From positions 1 through 45,448 of the forward strand of contig CAZUUO010000003.1 in NCBI GenBank assembly GCA_964622665.1: a stretch of 45,448 nt of DNA. Reading direction: 5' to 3'. The position numbers and the translations under genes are program-made. Shown here in pieces: positions 43,221 to 45,448 of this stretch. The notes beneath the pieces were generated by a model. The model saw nothing but the letters and a program-made list of their open reading frames with translations, was not told the DNA's origin and searched no databases. Position 1 is the first letter of the stretch. Each line of letters opens with the position of its first letter. Source of the DNA: an uncultured Gammaproteobacteria bacterium (GTDB lineage: Bacteria; Patescibacteriota; Patescibacteriia; Magasanikbacterales; GCA-002688135).

Positions 43221-43249
43221 AGTATAGCATGGTTGTCAGATTTTGTCAA
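43221..43249 (-). promoter_or_regulatory. Near-consensus sigma-70 promoter with extended -10, driving the leader and the GC-rich gene
   Basis: The minus strand reads TTGACA-17 nt-TATACT, preceded by TGc. This is the best promoter match I found in the window. Confidence 0.6.
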
Positions 43250-43364
43250 GCATCTTTCCATCACTTTTCTTATTTTTTGCTTATTTTAGATGTTTTTATT
43301 GGTAGTATTCTGTATACTCTTCACTATACAAATACAGCTTTCCCTATATTTTATGGGCTTTTTA

Positions 43365-43670
43365 CTAGTTTTCCCCTACCCCACTCTCAGACAAATCCTG
43401 CCATTGTGGGTTTTTTTCCTCGATTATCTTTACCTGCCACTCTTTTCTCCAGTCTTTTAACTGTTTAACACGGCGTAGTGCATCACTTGAGTTTCCATAT
43501 TCTTCACAGTGCACCAATACCGTGATCCCTTGTTTTTTAGTGTAACCGTTGGACATCTTATCAGCATGTTCAGCAATTCTTCGTTTAATATTGGTTGTAA
43601 CACCCATATATAAAGGTCCCTGTTTTTTGGAAGCGAGGATATAGACCCGATATTGTTTAGATTTTTTCAT
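43365..43670 (-). CDS. Small stand-alone GIY-YIG nuclease-domain protein (UPF0213/URI-like)
   Basis: YRVYILASKKQGPLYMGVTTNIKRRIAEH is the GIY...YMG...R..EH pattern. The start is set to ATG 43670. The track start 43733 is a GTG that lies inside the upstream terminator. Confidence 0.85.
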   Translation of the reverse strand: MKKSKQYRVYILASKKQGPLYMGVTTNIKRRIAEHADKMSNGYTKKQGITVLVHCEEYGNSSDALRRVKQLKDWRKEWQVKIIEEKNPQWQDLSESGVGEN

Positions 43671-43696
43671 ATGGTTGGAGTATAGCACAAGAATGT

Positions 43697-43728
43697 AAAA
43701 AACAAGATCCCGGCACGGAGGCCGGGAT
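43697..43728 (-). terminator. Rho-independent terminator after the second sigma/anti-sigma pair
   Basis: The minus strand reads ATCCCGGC-ctccgt-GCCGGGAT (perfect 8 bp), followed by cttgTTTTTT. Confidence 0.75.
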
Positions 43729-43743
43729 AACACCTATGTAAAA

Positions 43744-44490
43744 CTACTCACCACGTTCTGCTGCTTGTTTTAAATCCTCTCGTCTCTGTTCTTCTTCCTG
43801 TTTTTTGTTTTCTCGCACTTGTTCGTCACGTTTTTTTAGTTGCTCACGAACTTGCTCATCATGTTTCTGTTTCTCTTCACGAAGTTGTTCATCGTGCTTC
43901 TCTGTCTGTTCCTTCTCTTGTTCCTGTATTTTTTCTTCACGTTCTTGCAGCTTTTTCTCCTGCTCTTCTAGTTTTTCAATTTTTTCTTTTTTGATTTCTA
44001 TCTGTTTCTTGCGGGCTTCACGCAACAGTTGTGCAGCATCATCTTCCCCTTCACGTTCCAATACTTCAATTTTCTTTTCAATTTTTTCTTCTTGTTTATG
44101 TAATGCTTCCCGCGCTTTTTCAAGATGTTCTTTTGTTGTTTCTTTGTTCTCTTCTACTCGTTGCAACTCTTGCGTGCGTTTTTCTAATAACTTCTTTTGA
44201 TACGCCGCGCGCGCAGCTTCTTTAATCAACAATTTTTCTTTCATTGGTTCCAAAATGTTCATCTTAATAGGATACGTAATATCCCCCGGCAAACTTTGTT
44301 CAGCTGCGTATGCAACCGGTGTTACCACCAACATTCCTACCACTAAACTTGCCATCGCAAAACGCACTACATAGTGATTATTTTTTGCAGTCATATTCAT
44401 ATTTGTTTTTTGTACGATTCCCTGCCACACCTGTTTTCGCTCTTGCGGTGTCATGTGATAGCGGGATAATATTTTTTTAATTTTTTTCAT
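43744..44490 (-). CDS. Anti-sigma-factor-like membrane protein with K/E-rich coiled coil
   Basis: A 4-nt overlap links it to the sigma gene. It has one TM (FAMASLVVGMLVVTPVAYA), then a highly charged helical region with K[HR]DEQ[LV]RE repeats. Confidence 0.5.
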   Translation of the reverse strand: MKKIKKILSRYHMTPQERKQVWQGIVQKTNMNMTAKNNHYVVRFAMASLVVGMLVVTPVAYAAEQSLPGDITYPIKMNILEPMKEKLLIKEAARAAYQKKLLEKRTQELQRVEENKETTKEHLEKAREALHKQEEKIEKKIEVLEREGEDDAAQLLREARKKQIEIKKEKIEKLEEQEKKLQEREEKIQEQEKEQTEKHDEQLREEKQKHDEQVREQLKKRDEQVRENKKQEEEQRREDLKQAAERGE

Positions 44491-45005
44491 AGTGTATTTG
44501 ATTCCTGCTTTTCATACATCTCTTTCAACTGTTTCATGCCGCGGTGTAGTCTCACCGATACGACATTTGCGGTGAGCCCCAACATGTGTGCAATTTCTCG
44601 GGGCGATAACTCATCGAGTACCGATAGTGTTATAACCTCTCGATATACTGCATCAAGTTTAGCTAATATCGTATGTACTGTGTGTAATTGTGCAGCATCA
44701 TCAGCTCGTAATGCAGAAGCCTCATCAAATCCTTCATCGTGCAAATCATCCAGCGACTCTGACTTTTTCTTTTTTATCTCGTCACGCCAGATATTGAGTG
44801 CACTCGTATATAATAACGACTTGATATTAGTAAAGTCATTTGTTTTGGTGAGATGGACGTAAACTTTTACAAATGCACTTTGTACGACATCAAGTGCAGT
44901 ATCACGCGAAGCACCTCGCGCAACCAGGGAACGAAAAATCCCCTCGCTGTGGTTACGATATAATGCTTGAATTTCTTCCTCTCTTGTTTTGGTAAACCAA
45001 CTCAT
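44487..45005 (-). CDS. ECF-type RNA polymerase sigma factor (second copy)
   Basis: Region 2: GIFRSLVARGASRDTALDVVQSAFVKVY. Region 4: LSPREIAHMLGLTANVVSVRLHRGM. ATG at 45005. The track start 45011 is a GTG two codons upstream. Confidence 0.85.
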   Translation of the reverse strand: MSWFTKTREEEIQALYRNHSEGIFRSLVARGASRDTALDVVQSAFVKVYVHLTKTNDFTNIKSLLYTSALNIWRDEIKKKKSESLDDLHDEGFDEASALRADDAAQLHTVHTILAKLDAVYREVITLSVLDELSPREIAHMLGLTANVVSVRLHRGMKQLKEMYEKQESNTL

Positions 45006-45041
45006 AAGCACATGAGTATAACGAATGAGAACGGTATTTTC

Positions 45042-45448
45042 TTACGCAAGCGCTTGATAGGTCGCGATAATGGCTGCTGTTTCCGCTTTTAAGATTGAGG
45101 AAGTTAACCCAAATTCACGTGCGTGGGCTTTGTGGGCATAGGCTACTTCTTCATCAGTAAATCCACCTTCAGGACCAATAATAATCAGTACGTCGTTGTT
45201 GTTTGGGTGCAATGATGTTGTTGCGTGGGGCACTCCCATCCAAATCTCGGCGGCACCAATTTCTAAAACTTCTTTCAATGTTTGTGGTTTTTCAATAATA
45301 GGAAGGTGTATTTGTTCACTTTGCTCAATAGCTTCTCGTGCAATGTCACGCAATCGTTCTAATCGCAATTCTTTCTTAATGGTACGCGCTGTAATGAGGG
45401 GGATGATGCGTGATACCCCGAGTTCGCTTGCTTTAGAAACCACCAACT
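45042..45448 (-). CDS. rsmE: 16S rRNA (uracil1498-N3)-methyltransferase RsmE, C-terminal part; the gene start lies beyond the right window edge
   Basis: KASELGVSRIIPL and IIIGPEGGFTDEEV...GLTSSILKAETAAI are RsmE signatures. The reading frame is open to the window end. Confidence 0.85.
   Translation of the reverse strand, partial: LVVSKASELGVSRIIPLITARTIKKELRLERLRDIAREAIEQSEQIHLPIIEKPQTLKEVLEIGAAEIWMGVPHATTSLHPNNNDVLIIIGPEGGFTDEEVAYAHKAHAREFGLTSSILKAETAAIIATYQALA

Noticed and set aside
17300-43250. Assembly or binning chimerism as the explanation for the two GC-rich islands.
   Set aside because: Not fully excluded without reads, but unlikely. Each island is a single gene flanked on both sides by host-like sequence. 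One shares a terminator hairpin with recR. Both have promoter-like elements of the same type as host genes. One contains an internal host-like AT-rich signal-peptide segment.
1-45448. CRISPR arrays, tRNA/rRNA genes, IS elements, integrases, flanking direct repeats of the islands, and UGA recoding.
   Set aside because: I saw no spaced direct-repeat array, no tRNA-like cloverleaf or T-loop (GGTTCGAATCC-type) in the intergenic regions, and no transposase or integrase motifs. Only trivial hexamer matches occur at the island borders. Long ORFs are intact under the standard code, so alternative coding is not needed.

Overview
Gene-dense, low-GC bacterial window. Hand-counted 60-nt lines are about 32-40% GC. 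Most genes sit in minus-strand operons with 0-30 nt spacers and several 4-nt ATGA overlaps. I saw no rRNA, tRNA, CRISPR array, transposase or integrase.

The gene content suggests a small-genome monoderm of the CPR/Patescibacteria type. This is inference, based on two giant S/T-rich surface proteins, ECF sigma factors with coiled-coil anti-sigma-like partners, a PEGA protein, many glycosyltransferases and a small GIY-YIG protein.

Gene blocks, left to right:
1. Redox and oxidative-folding cluster: 2-Cys peroxiredoxin, Fe/Mn SOD, glutaredoxin-like protein, BdbC-type DsbB, and a membrane-anchored CPHC thioredoxin-fold protein.
2. ECF sigma/anti-sigma pair followed by a roughly 1240-aa surface protein. 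An HTH gene and a second, 933-aa surface protein under a TrmB-like regulator come next.
3. Glycan block: GT4, methyltransferase, GT4 and a Wzy_C-like ligase.
4. GC-rich single-gene island encoding a cysteine-rich repeat lipoprotein.
5. SOS cassette: lexA, a four-helix protein and a Y-family polymerase, with a duplicated Cheo-type SOS box.
6. ctp, NUDIX and murA, then the PEGA protein.
7. Rhamnose-type glycan operon: HIT, a fused 4,6-dehydratase plus NRS/ER-like epimerase-reductase, four GT2 genes, long-form RmlA and a Rieske protein.
8. GT-C-like membrane proteins and another GT4.
9. dnaB, ybaB and recR.
10. Second GC-rich island: an orphan 293-aa gene behind a roughly 430-nt structured leader and a consensus promoter.
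11. GIY-YIG gene, a second ECF sigma/anti-sigma pair, and partial rsmE.

Most interesting observations:
- Two compositionally foreign single-gene islands, each with its own expression signals.
- The competing-helix leader RNA of island 2.
- The plant-RHM-like rhamnose synthase fusion, with no rmlC in the window.
- An S-layer-glycosylation-like organisation of the whole locus.
- A Shine-Dalgarno-sequestering hairpin set between the anti-sigma gene and the giant surface protein.

All family calls come from motif recognition by eye. No searches were run.
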